From Bacteroidota bacterium (GTDB taxonomy: Bacteria; Bacteroidota; Bacteroidia; Flavobacteriales_E; Vicingaceae), in assembly GCA_016183805.1 (NCBI GenBank), contig JACPDX010000034.1, forward strand, positions 1,122 through 65,121: a stretch of 64,000 bases of DNA, given 5' to 3'. Each line of letters starts with the position of its first letter. Positions within the stretch are counted from its first letter, which is position 1. The notes below the pieces were generated by a model that was not told the DNA's origin, made no database searches, and saw only the letters and a list, made by a program, of their open reading frames with translations. Shown here in pieces: positions 51,309 to 62,300 of this stretch. The position numbers and the translations under genes are program-made.

Positions 51309-51490
51309 ACCCATTGTGCATTTAGTAGAATTTTTAATAAAAAAGGTGTCAGTTCGAGTTTTTTCTGAAAGAAAAAGTATCGAGAACACATCTTTTATAT
51401 TGAAAATTTGCCTTCTCGATATAAATTTCTCTTATTTCAATCGTGAAATTCACTCGAATTGACAAATTTTCTTACAAATGCACAAGGGGT
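51309..51490. mobile_element. 182-bp MITE-like element (IS982-type ACCC ends)
   Basis: TIRs ACCCATTGTGCATTT (51309-51323) and AAATGCACAAGGGGT (51476-51490), 14/15 complementary; TTTGATA direct repeats at 51302-51308 and 51491-51497; no ORF. Confidence 0.75.
51348..51463. repeat. Nested inverted-repeat (REP doublet-like) core inside the MITE
   Basis: GTCAGTTCGAGT (51348-51359) pairs with ACTCGAATTGAC (51452-51463); TATCGAGAA (51378-51386) pairs with TTCTCGATA (51413-51421). Confidence 0.75.
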
Positions 51491-51545
51491 TTTGATAGTA
51501 TTTATTTTAAAGTAATTAATTTTAGCCGATACAAAACCTATAAAA

Positions 51546-53975
51546 ATGGATATTTTCAAAAATCAACTCCTTAAACACATCATTGGAGTTTTAGTTTTAA
51601 TTAGTGTTTCGGCGGTCTATTTTTATCCCGAATTACAAGGAAAAAAAATATTGGCACATGATGAGGTAAGTTCAATTGCTGCTGCAAAACAAATGCAGGA
51701 TTATGAAAAGAAAGGGGAAACCATTTTATGGGGAAATACTTTGTTTTCGGGGATGCCATTGTTTCAGGTTGCATACAAAGTAAAAGCAAATTTGCTTCTT
51801 TTTTTTCTCGACACCCACAAACTTTTTCCAAAAGGCATGTGGCTTTGTTTAATGTTAATGCTGGGATTTTATATTAGTTTATCTATTCTGGGTTATAACA
51901 CCGAATGGAGTATTCTTGGAGCTGTAGCATTTTCATTATCCACCTGGTTTTTATTGTCGATAGAAGGAGGGCATACCACTAAAATTATTGCTATTTCATT
52001 TATTCCGCCATTAATTTCCTCCATATTAATTACTTATAAAGGGAAATGGCTAATTGGCGGAGTTTTAACGAGTTTGTTTTTGAGTTTAGCTATTATGGCA
52101 AATCATCCACAAATTGTATATTATTCGTTGTTTTTAATTGCTGCTTTAGTTGTTGTTCAGCTTTTTCAAGCAATTAAAGAAAAAAAACTCCCAGTTTTTA
52201 TTAAACGTTCGTTCATTTTATTGGCTTTCGGAATATTGGGTGTTTTACCAAATATTACCTTATTATGGACAACTTACGACTATAGTTCAGAAACCATAAG
52301 GGGGGGGAAATCGGAATTAACCAAAGAGGTTAAACAATCGACAGGACTAGATATAGATTATGCCATGCAGTGGAGTTATGGCAAAGCAGAAACTTTAAAC
52401 CTATTAATTCCGGGACTTTATGGTGGGGGAGCCAAACTCGATGAAAACTCTGAAACTTATAATGATTTAGCTAAAAAAGGAGTCCCAAAAAATCAACTCA
52501 AAGATTTTCTTAAAAATGTACCGTTGTACTACGGAAACCAACCATTTACAACAGGACCTTCCTACATGGGAGCAGCATTAATTTTCTTGTTTGTGTTGCT
52601 ATTTTTCATTTCAAAAAGCAATTTTAAGTGGGTATTATTATCGGCTACAATAATTTCAATCGTATTTGCTTTCGGAAAAAACTTTTTGGTGATAAACGAA
52701 TTCTTTTTTGACCATGTTCCGATGTTCAATAAGTTTAGAACACCCTCCATGTGGCATTCGTTGGCTATGATTTCTATTACGATGGGAGCAATTACTTCTC
52801 TTCAACTTATTTTTAAAGCGGAAGTTGACAAGGAAAAACTTAAAAAAGGGTTGATTTATTCGATGTCTATTTTAGGTGGATTGGTACTTTTTGTATTGTT
52901 TTTTGGTTCGTCGTTTATTTCTTTTAATGGAGCCTACGATGCTCAGTTAACACAATCAGGAGTTTCTGTTGATTTATTGATTGAAGATAGGATATCGATG
53001 ATGAGATCAGATGCTTATAGAACGTTTTTTATTCTTGCTGCTACTTTCGGAATTCTTTGGTTAATGAATATCCAAAAATTGGCAAATTTAACAGTTGCCA
53101 AAGTATTATTAGCCCTCTTAATTATTGGCGATTTATGGATGGTGGATAAAAGGTATGTAAATGAAGACGATTTTGTAAAAGCTAAATCGGTTGAACAATC
53201 TATTCATGCAACAGCAACCGACCAACAAATATTAACTGACAAAGAATTAAATTACCGTGTTTTTAATACTACGGTAAGTTCGTTTAATGATAACAACACT
53301 TCTTATTTTCATCAATCTGTTGGTGGATATAGTGCAGCTAAATTAATTCGTTATCAGGATTTGATTGAAAATCATTTGAGTAAAGGAAACATGAATGTGT
53401 TTAACATGTTAAATACAAAATATTTTATTACGGGTAAACCCGGTCAAGAAGTGCCTCAACAGAATCCTACGGCTTGTGGAAGTGTGTGGTTTGTAAACCA
53501 AATCGATTGGGCTAAAAACGCCGATGAAGAAATGGCAAAGTTGACTGATTTTAATCCTAAAACTACTGTAGTTATTGATGAGAGATATAAGGAATATTTA
53601 AATGGATTTAATCCTGATTCTACAACAAACGGTTCTATTGTTTTATCCTCTTTTCATCCTGATAAAATGGAATATACTTCAAATTCTACAGCCGACAATT
53701 TTGCTGTTTTTTCTGAAATTTGGTACAAAGGAAATGTAGATTGGAAAGCATATATTGACGGAAAAGAAACTGAATTTATTCGTGTAAATTATTTGCTTAG
53801 AGGAATGAAAATTCCAGCAGGAAAACATGAAGTGAAATTTGAATTTTATCCTAAGCCACACTACGTTGGAAGCAAAATTTCGTTGGCAACTTCTGCAATT
53901 ATTTTAATTATGCTTGCGGGATTAGTGGTAATGTTGGTGCTTAAAAAACCATTGCCCGGAATGAAAGAGGATTAA
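51546..53975 (+). CDS. YfhO-family membrane protein (GT-C-like)
   Basis: 809 aa multi-TM; WGNTLFSGMP, NHPQIVYY, PMFNKFR, GGYSAAKL, C-terminal FSEIWY...RVNYLLRGMKIPAGKHEVKFEF. Confidence 0.87.
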   Translation: MDIFKNQLLKHIIGVLVLISVSAVYFYPELQGKKILAHDEVSSIAAAKQMQDYEKKGETILWGNTLFSGMPLFQVAYKVKANLLLFFLDTHKLFPKGMWLCLMLMLGFYISLSILGYNTEWSILGAVAFSLSTWFLLSIEGGHTTKIIAISFIPPLISSILITYKGKWLIGGVLTSLFLSLAIMANHPQIVYYSLFLIAALVVVQLFQAIKEKKLPVFIKRSFILLAFGILGVLPNITLLWTTYDYSSETIRGGKSELTKEVKQSTGLDIDYAMQWSYGKAETLNLLIPGLYGGGAKLDENSETYNDLAKKGVPKNQLKDFLKNVPLYYGNQPFTTGPSYMGAALIFLFVLLFFISKSNFKWVLLSATIISIVFAFGKNFLVINEFFFDHVPMFNKFRTPSMWHSLAMISITMGAITSLQLIFKAEVDKEKLKKGLIYSMSILGGLVLFVLFFGSSFISFNGAYDAQLTQSGVSVDLLIEDRISMMRSDAYRTFFILAATFGILWLMNIQKLANLTVAKVLLALLIIGDLWMVDKRYVNEDDFVKAKSVEQSIHATATDQQILTDKELNYRVFNTTVSSFNDNNTSYFHQSVGGYSAAKLIRYQDLIENHLSKGNMNVFNMLNTKYFITGKPGQEVPQQNPTACGSVWFVNQIDWAKNADEEMAKLTDFNPKTTVVIDERYKEYLNGFNPDSTTNGSIVLSSFHPDKMEYTSNSTADNFAVFSEIWYKGNVDWKAYIDGKETEFIRVNYLLRGMKIPAGKHEVKFEFYPKPHYVGSKISLATSAIILIMLAGLVVMLVLKKPLPGMKED

Positions 53976-53976
53976 A

Positions 53977-54054
53977 GATTTACGATTTTGGATTTACGAT
54001 TTACAACTTGAGAATTTACAACTTGAGAACTGAGAACTGAAGACTGAGAACTAA
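53977..54054 (+). repeat. Degenerate heptamer tandem array (about 11 units)
   Basis: GATTTAC GATTTTG GATTTAC GATTTAC AACTTGA GAATTTAC AACTTGA GAACTGA GAACTGA AGACTGA GAACTAA between convergent genes. Confidence 0.75.
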
Positions 54055-56030
54055 CGGTTAAAAATATAGTATTCCCACCAAAGAGCTAAGTTCAAGACAA
54101 ACCATAATTGTTTCCCATTCTTTTTTTCAAAAATGGTGTTAATATAACTTTCGTTTAAATAGCCCGTATGTTCATTAAATAGTGCTATTTTTTCTCTGGC
54201 AATATTGCCTAGGTCATCCATCATCCAATCGTAAACAGGAGCATCAAAACCTTGTTTTTTTCGATGAATAATGCTGTCAGGAATAATATTTTTTATGGCT
54301 TGTTTTAAGATGTATTTGGATTCCCCTTTTGTTGTTTTCAACTTTGTTGGAATTCCCATTGCGTAGCTTACAAATCTGTCGTCTAAAAATGGAACTCTTG
54401 CCTCTAAAGAAACAGCCATACTCATTTTATCAACCCTCATCAATAGCAATTCCGGTAGTCTCATTTTTAAATCAATGTAACTCATCCAGTTTAAGTTGCT
54501 TTTTTCAGTTGCTTTTTGTTTAAAATTTTGATAATGTTTATCTACTATTTCCCATGATGAATAGTTGGGTTGTATTTTGTCTATAAATTTTTTGGATAAT
54601 AATTTATTCTTTTGCGTTTCAGTAAAAGCTTCGGCACCACTCCAGAAAATTTTCTTTCCCTCGATTCCTCGTTTTAACCATTCGTAATAAACAGTATCGT
54701 TTTTTCCTAATGATTTCAATAAATTTAAAATCAGTTTTTTAAAACCCTTCGGAACAATTGTAATATCATTTAAATTTTGTAATCTCAACATGTATTTCCA
54801 AGAGGAGTAGCCCCAAAATAATTCGTCGCTTCCTTCTCCAACTTGGCAAACTGAAATATTATTTTCTTTTGCAAGTTTAGAAACATAATAAACCGGCATA
54901 CAAACCGGGTCACCAATTGGTTCATCTTGATGGTGGATTAGTTTTGGTAGAAAATCGATAAAATCTTGTTGAGTAAGTATTTGCTGATAATATTCACAAT
55001 TTGCATGTTTCGCAGCTTGTTGTGCATATTTGAATTCGTTGGTGTACGATTTTAAGTTTTCATCATTTTCATAACCAACAGAAAAAGCTTTTACCGGGTA
55101 GGTAGCTATTTTTGAAAATAAAGCCGCATTTAAACTGGAATCTATTCCACCGGATAAGAAAATACCAACAGGAATATCAGATACACCGTGGTAATTAACA
55201 CTTTCTGTTAACTTTTCTAATACCTCTTTAGTAATGATTTCTTCACTTGAAGTATTTAGAATCACATCATCAAAAACATCCCAATATTCTATAGGATTTT
55301 CGAACTTGCCATTTTCAATTTTAATTAAATGACCGGCAGGTAATTTATAAATGTTTTCAAATAAAGTTTGTGGGGCAGGAACCGTTAAAAAAGAGAGGTA
55401 ATTATACATTCCTTCATGGTTTATAGCTCTTTTTATTGAAGAATCTTCAATAATGGCTTTTATCTCACTTCCAAAATAAACCCTCCCATTTTGATGAGTG
55501 TAATACAAAGGTTTAATTCCGATTCGATCTCTTATCAACCATAAAGTATCTTTTTTTTCGTCCCAGAGAGCAATAGAAAACATTCCTCTAAACTTTTTAA
55601 GACAATCAATACCCCATTCAATGTATGCGTTTATTATTACTTCGGTATCGGAGTGATTGGTTTGAAATTGGTGTCCTTTTTTTAGAAGTTCTGCTTTTAT
55701 TTCTTGATAGTTATAGATTTCACCATTAAAAAGAATGGTAATGTTTTTGTCGATACTTTGCATAGGTTGCAAAGCATTTGTACTTAAATCTATAATAGAC
55801 AACCTTCGATGAGCAAGGGCGATGGTTCTTTTTGAAGGTTCCCGAAAAACTAAAGCTTCCGGTCTTTGATTTTTAAAATTTAAGATATCCTGATCAGAAT
55901 ATTTGCCAAAGAAAGCAAATCCTTCACCATCAGGTCCCCTGTGACTGATAACATCATTCATGCTAGAAAAGACCCCTAAACTGATAGGTTCAGCGTTTGT
56001 TAATCCTACATATCCTACAAATCCACACAT
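54051..56030 (-). CDS. asnB: Asparagine synthase (glutamine-hydrolysing)-family amidotransferase, polysaccharide-locus type
   Basis: MCG N-terminus, HRGPDG, HRRLSIID, RDRIGIKPLYY, LSGGIDSS, GEGSDELFWGY, LEARVPFLD. Confidence 0.92.
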   Translation of the reverse strand: MCGFVGYVGLTNAEPISLGVFSSMNDVISHRGPDGEGFAFFGKYSDQDILNFKNQRPEALVFREPSKRTIALAHRRLSIIDLSTNALQPMQSIDKNITILFNGEIYNYQEIKAELLKKGHQFQTNHSDTEVIINAYIEWGIDCLKKFRGMFSIALWDEKKDTLWLIRDRIGIKPLYYTHQNGRVYFGSEIKAIIEDSSIKRAINHEGMYNYLSFLTVPAPQTLFENIYKLPAGHLIKIENGKFENPIEYWDVFDDVILNTSSEEIITKEVLEKLTESVNYHGVSDIPVGIFLSGGIDSSLNAALFSKIATYPVKAFSVGYENDENLKSYTNEFKYAQQAAKHANCEYYQQILTQQDFIDFLPKLIHHQDEPIGDPVCMPVYYVSKLAKENNISVCQVGEGSDELFWGYSSWKYMLRLQNLNDITIVPKGFKKLILNLLKSLGKNDTVYYEWLKRGIEGKKIFWSGAEAFTETQKNKLLSKKFIDKIQPNYSSWEIVDKHYQNFKQKATEKSNLNWMSYIDLKMRLPELLLMRVDKMSMAVSLEARVPFLDDRFVSYAMGIPTKLKTTKGESKYILKQAIKNIIPDSIIHRKKQGFDAPVYDWMMDDLGNIAREKIALFNEHTGYLNESYINTIFEKKNGKQLWFVLNLALWWEYYIFNR

Positions 56031-56073
56031 GAGTTTTTATAATTATTGAGCAATATTAATGGTTTTGATAAAA

Positions 56074-57969
56074 TTAAAACAACTTTTTTCCATATCCGCG
56101 TGAAAACAGTTGAGAATTAAAATTTTGTTCGAAAGGTTTGTTACAATAATCGGTTATGGCGATTTTATCGTCAAAAATTTCAAATTTTCTAATATGAATT
56201 ATTCCGTAGTATTCAACCTTCAGTTTTATCGAATTTTTGGTTAATTCTAATAATTCGCACTTAGTTTCTTTTTCCAAATAAAATAGCCCATTTTTTGATG
56301 AAATAAATTTATTTTGTTCAATTCCATTTACAATAATGGTATGATGAGCCTTAGTTGAGCGAAATTTATTTCTCATTTCAATGTTGGATGTATAACAATA
56401 ACTTCCGGCATCTTGTATAACATCCTTTCCATTAACAAATAGCTCAAAAGATAACTTGTCGTTATGCACATGCCCCCAACTGTGATGCATTTTTTTATTC
56501 GAAATAGAACTTATCGCTAAATAAAAGTTTGCAGATTTAAAAATGGATATTCCAAAATACGGAAAGTGTTCAAATGAAAGATTCTTGATTAGATTCTCAA
56601 TTTTTTCATAAGATATTTCATGCTTTTTTGTGTATTCTAAAATTTTTATTGCTGATTTTGCTGGTGAAAATGATATGAGATTTAAATTTGTTTCAATTTT
56701 TTTGCTATTAGCTAAATTCCTAATAATAATGCTTTCAATAGGGAATTTGTTTTTGTATTCTGAGAAAATGTTGTCATCAATAATTCCGCTAAATGCAGCA
56801 ATTAATCCCTCGTAATTCAATAAATTTTCATCGTCGTTTTGTTCAACATACGATAGTTTAAAATACCGACCACTATCGTTATCTCCAAATTGCGGAGCTT
56901 CTCCGTTGGGTTTTAAAATGGCTAAAATAAAATGAGCTATTTTAGCAAGTCTATTTTTAAATTCAACACTAAAATTATAGTTGTTTCGAAGCATTAAAGC
57001 GGCTGAATAACCCATCATTTCAGCACTTAAACAATGATAGGTGGTTGAACCTTCAAAATTTCCGCCGTCGTTAAAAAATTGTTTTGCAACTTCTTTTTCT
57101 ATTTCCTGCAAGGAGAATTCTAACCATTTTACCGTTTCTTCAGTTTTGTTTAGATAGCTGCTTACAAAAAGCAGTCCTGATAAATTAAACAAATAATGAT
57201 TGCCGGTTAAACCCTCTTTATATTCTAAGTGGTTGAAGATAAACTGTCCGTGGTGATAAATAGAATTGGAAAAAATCTTCTTAAATTCATCATCTAAAAT
57301 ATGGTTAGCATCAATCTGACTAAAAATATCATGAGCAATAAGCAGGTTTGAAACTCTTATGCCAACATCCATGGTACAAGCCCATTGAACCCCCATTCCA
57401 ATCGGATTATTTACAATAAAATCAAGCGATTGATTTTTAAATTCATTAATTAGTTCGTTTTTATTTGTGGCGTAAATTGCAAAAAGTGCTAATCGGGGTA
57501 AATGTTGCAATCTTCCTAATTCCCATGGGTGTTTTATGTCAACGCCATTTTTAGTTTTTTGCTTATCAAAAGGATTTTTTATATCGAAATCATAATCGGC
57601 AATAATTTCTTTCTGCCAATCAATTTGTTGGTAGTTTTTAGCAAATAAACCAGCAATTTTAGTCGAAGTAGATTTATGAATAGATAAAACATCAATTTGA
57701 TTATTTTTTTTATTTCTATTAACCCAATCACTACCAAGATAATTAAATTGGTGGTTTAGATAATTTTCTATTATGGTCGAATTAATTGTTAACTCAGGGT
57801 AATCATTTGGATTTAAAAAATTGTTTAGGGTTAGATTAGCTGATTGAAGTCTGTCGTCGGTTAAATGGTAACGATAGTTTTTTTTAGGTAAAATATTTTT
57901 TACAACTCTTTTAATTAAAACATTAAAAGGAAGGTTTGATGCTAATTTTATGTTATCTAGTAAATTAAT
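56074..57969 (-). CDS. Heparinase II/III-family protein; true frame extends to an ATT at 57969
   Basis: Frame open upstream of the listed 57510 start through HQFNYLGSDW, IDWQKE, VDIKHPWELGRLQH; EGSTTYH, HNDKLSFEL; no ATG/GTG/TTG in the extension. Confidence 0.82.
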   Translation of the reverse strand: MNLLDNIKLASNLPFNVLIKRVVKNILPKKNYRYHLTDDRLQSANLTLNNFLNPNDYPELTINSTIIENYLNHQFNYLGSDWVNRNKKNNQIDVLSIHKSTSTKIAGLFAKNYQQIDWQKEIIADYDFDIKNPFDKQKTKNGVDIKHPWELGRLQHLPRLALFAIYATNKNELINEFKNQSLDFIVNNPIGMGVQWACTMDVGIRVSNLLIAHDIFSQIDANHILDDEFKKIFSNSIYHHGQFIFNHLEYKEGLTGNHYLFNLSGLLFVSSYLNKTEETVKWLEFSLQEIEKEVAKQFFNDGGNFEGSTTYHCLSAEMMGYSAALMLRNNYNFSVEFKNRLAKIAHFILAILKPNGEAPQFGDNDSGRYFKLSYVEQNDDENLLNYEGLIAAFSGIIDDNIFSEYKNKFPIESIIIRNLANSKKIETNLNLISFSPAKSAIKILEYTKKHEISYEKIENLIKNLSFEHFPYFGISIFKSANFYLAISSISNKKMHHSWGHVHNDKLSFELFVNGKDVIQDAGSYCYTSNIEMRNKFRSTKAHHTIIVNGIEQNKFISSKNGLFYLEKETKCELLELTKNSIKLKVEYYGIIHIRKFEIFDDKIAITDYCNKPFEQNFNSQLFSRGYGKKLF

Positions 57970-59244
57970 CTTGTTGTATTTTATATACTTTGTTAACTAC
58001 ATTTTTAAAACTAATATTCACGACAATAAAAAATACTATTGCGACAAAAACCTGACCATACAAAGCTCCTTGAATTTGGTAAAACTTAACCAAATACCAA
58101 TAAGGAATTACTGTAATTAACAGAACAATTAATGCGATTTGAAATGCAACATTAACATAACCGATAGCTAATAAAAATGGACCTTTTAACGACACCCAAC
58201 TTCGTATTGCCCAACTCAAAGTTAATACTTGAAAGTAAAACATCGAATTATCATATTTTCCTAAAAACAAGTAATGAATAACAATAGGAGCGACGAATAC
58301 AGCAAGTACACCTACTGCTATAATTGTTAAACAAAAAATTTTGTTTGATTTTTTAAAAGCTTTAAGTATTTGTTTGTCGTTACTAGAAAATTCAGAATAA
58401 TAAGGAGTTACAAATTGTTGAGCCGTTGAGGTTACAATACGTAATCCTGAAATTAGGGTTAAAGCAAATCCATAAAAACCAATCTCTTCCGGATTTTTTA
58501 CCAGATGATTTAAAAAGAAAATATCTAAATAAAGCGATAAGGTATTTATGGTATTTCCCAAAAATGCATATTTGGCCAATTCCCAATTTTTTTTAAAATG
58601 AACATGAGTTGTTTTATTCCAATTTTTTATAAACTTGGTTTTAGCCATCAGAAGAATGGTACTTATTAAAAACCCAATAATAAAATAATTCCAACAATAA
58701 ATCCCGTTACACCAAAAAGATAGGTTAAGCTTATAATAATTGCCACGTGAATTATTCTGGCAACAATAAGTAAAACAGATACTTTTTTAAACTCTTTTAG
58801 TGCTTGGTAATAGGCTATTAATAAATTATTTAAAGCAAGTAATGGTATAGATAAACAATAGTAAATAAATAAATTATTAGTTAATGTGTCATTCGAAATT
58901 AGGTTGAAATATGACAAAATAATACCCAACAAAACGGTCAAAAAACTAAATAATAGTGTAGTTTTTATGGCTGAAGCAAAAAGGGTCTGTTTTTCATCGT
59001 TAGTAACATTTTTCTCGGAACACAATTTTAAAATGGAGGTATTAAAACCCAAGCCGGCAATAATAACACCTACAGCAGCAAAGGTTTGCAATGATTTTAT
59101 TCTTCCTATATCATCAGCCAATAAAATCCAAGCAACAAACAACTGCGAACCAAACTCGATTAAATGTATAAGCGAGTTTGCCGAAAACAAATGGAAAAAT
59201 CCTTTGCTGTATACATCGTTAAGTATGTTGTATATTTTTTTCAA
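57965..59244 (-). pseudogene. wzx: Wzx-type oligosaccharide flippase split by a frameshift near 58670
   Basis: Two hydrophobic ORFs (192 and 227 aa) joinable via IGFLISTILLMAKTK in the adjacent frame; combined size and GLGFNTSILK, EEIGFYGFA patterns fit Wzx. Confidence 0.78.
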
Positions 59245-59380
59245 AGATTAATTTTTTTACGAAGATAAACTTTCTAACTATTTCTTGATGTAAAAAATGG
59301 AACTAAACCCTGTTAATCTATTTATATAACTAATTTGGTGGACTAACTTTAAAAAATAATCAAATTAGTTATTGATTAAT

Positions 59381-59388
59381 TACATTTG
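59381..59388 (+). promoter_or_regulatory. -7 promoter element of the two-component pair
   Basis: TACATTTG, 9 nt upstream of ATG 59398. Confidence 0.6.
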
Positions 59389-59397
59389 AATCTACAA

Positions 59398-62300
59398 ATG
59401 AGAAAGAACAAACATATATTACTAATACTATTATTTCTTAGTATATGCAAAACAATCTTTTCACAAACATACCATTACAAACATTATACGGTCGAGGATG
59501 GATTACCTAGTTCTGAGGTGTATTCAACTTTTCAGGATTCGAAAGGGTACATTTGGTTTGCAACTGATGCAGGAGTAAGTAGATTTAATGGTTATGAATT
59601 TAAAAATTTTGATGTTAAAGATGGCTTAACTGATAATACTGTTTTTTTAATAAGAGAGGATTCGAAAGGAAGAATCTGGTTTGGTACTTTTAATAAAAAA
59701 CTATGTTATTTTTATAACGATAGTATTTATCCATTTGAACACAACGATAAAATTTTAAAAACCATAGACGGACATGCTATTTTAAATTCATTTGCGATTG
59801 ATAAAGAAGGAACTGTTTGGATGGGGTTTGCATTATATGGAATGCTTAAATGTTCAAAAAATGGAAAGGCAGAATTATTATCCAGTAAAGAAGAAAATAA
59901 ACTAATAATTTATGAAATAGATGATCAACAGGTTTGGACTTTATCAAGAGATGAAGCAGTAATTCTTAATATTTTCAAGAACAACATTCCAGAGAGGCAA
60001 AATGTAAAAGTTGAATATCACAACAAAACAAATGTAGTAAGTTTAGGGGAATTTAATATGTTATTTAGCTCTGGTAAAACCGAAGGATCATTTAATTTCA
60101 TTTTTCATAAAACTGACAATAATAAAATACTTTTTTTCGAAGATAGTCTTGGTTTTTTAGACTTAAAAGCAAAATATATTTTAAATAATTCGGTTAGTTT
60201 AAAAAATATGTTTCATAATAGAATACTTTCCACATCCTCATTTGATGATTGTTTATGGATATGTGTAGAAAATGAAGGTATTTATCAATTTAAAACTGTT
60301 AATCAACAATTAATTTTTGAAGAAAACATTTCTATTAACAAATTGGTTTCAAGAATATTTAAAGATGCTTCGGGAGGATATTGGATTACTACACTGAATG
60401 AGGGGGTTTATTATTTAAAAACAAGGAAATTTAAACATGAGAATTATATATTATCTTCAATTGATATTAATCCTGAAAATAAATTAATTTATTTAGGATT
60501 GAAAGATAAAAGATTAATTCAGAAAAGTATAAGTATTAAGAACTCAACGACAAAACAAATAGCAAAATTTGACGATATTCCAAATACTATACTATACGAT
60601 AACAAGGATAAAAGTATACTATCAGATGGCTATTTCAATTATTTTAAAAAAAATTATAAAAATGGAACTTCTAAGAAAATTAATGTAATCCATCCATCAA
60701 CAAAAGCTTTCATCATTGATTCTAATTTGATTTATCGGGTAAATAGTAACGGACTTTCTAAAATTGTTGATGATAAAGAGGTCTATTATTCATTTGTAGA
60801 AGGTAAAGAAAGATATTGGTGTACAAGTTTAGTAAAGGATGGAAAAAGAATATGGATAGGAACGAATGATGGTTTAGTTTGTTTTGATGGTGATACCTAT
60901 AAGATTACTGAACCGTTTAAGAATCATAAACTTTTGAAGACTTCAATTACCTGTTTAGAAAAATTAAATAACGACATCATTTTAATTGGCACAAAGAGTT
61001 TCGGACTTTTATTGATGCAAAATGAAAAAATTATTGCAGTTGTCAACCAAAAAAAAGGACTTGCAAGTGATTTGGTTCGGTGTATTCATATTGACCATCA
61101 ACATGAGATTTGGGTAGGAACAAACAAGGGACTATCAAGGTTAAATTACAAATCACCGGAAAATTTTAATATTCAGAATATTACCACCAATCATGGGTTA
61201 ATATCAAACGAAATATCACACATTCGTTCGTATAAAAACACCATTTTTTTGGTTACTCCCAAAAACCTTGTTGAATTTGATAAAACTAATCTAACAATTA
61301 ACAAAACACCATTGCCCATCTACATTACTAAATTTAAGGTAAATGATGTAGAAAAAGATTTAAAGAAAAATCCGTCAATTGAACTTTCGTACGATGAAAA
61401 TAGAATAGATATACATTTTGAAAGTTTAAATTATAAAAGTTTAGGAGATATTAATTATAAGTATAGGTTATTGGATGTAGATACTACTTGGCAAAATACC
61501 TCACAAACAACGGTTAGTTTTTATGCATTACCGCCGGATAATTATACTTTTGAGGTAAAAGCACAAAACGAAGATGGATTTTGGAGTAAACCGGCAACTT
61601 ATTCTTTTAAAATTAAACCTCCTTTTTGGCTAACTTGGTGGTTTATTGGTTTTGAAGTTGTTTTTATCATCCTTATTTTGATGATTATTTTTAAATACAG
61701 AGAGGCTCAATTGTTGATAAAAAGTAAAAATTTACAAAGGATGGCCGAAAATGAGAAGAAAATTATGGAATTGGAACTCAAGGCATTAAAATCTCAAATG
61801 AACCCTCATTTTATTTTTAACACCTTAAACTCTATTCAACATTTTATTTCAACTAATAATTTTAAAGATTCGAATAGGTATATCACCAATTTTTCCAGGC
61901 TAATCCGTATGGTTTTAAATCAATCGGATAAAAGTTATATTACTTTACGGGAAGAAACAGAAATGCTTAAATTGTACTTAAGTTTAGAACAAGTGAGATT
62001 TAGTAATGAATTTGAATTTGTAATAAACTTTGATGATAGTATTGATTTAGATTTTGATAAAATTCCGCCAATGTTATTGCAACCCTTTGTTGAAAATGCT
62101 ATATGGCACGGATTGATGAATAAAAAAGAAAAAGGACATATTGAAATTAAATTTATTATAGATGGAGATTATTTATTATGTACAGTTACAGATAATGGGA
62201 TTGGTAGGGTAGCAGCCGAAGAAATTAAAGCAACACGAAAAATTCAAAATAAATCGGTAGGCATGACCATAACCAAAGAAAGGCTAAACATTATTAATAG

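Noticed and set aside
51270-51545. Metal-sensing riboswitch upstream of the Nramp-like gene
   Set aside because: No yybP-ykoY or other consensus recognised; the structure is explained by TIRs, a target duplication and a REP-like core
53977-54054. Possible CRISPR array
   Set aside because: Units are 7 bp with no unique spacers, and no cas genes are in the window
59285-59320. Third copy of the bipartite motif in the two-component promoter (CCTGTTAA)
   Set aside because: Second half has two mismatches and the first half is essentially absent
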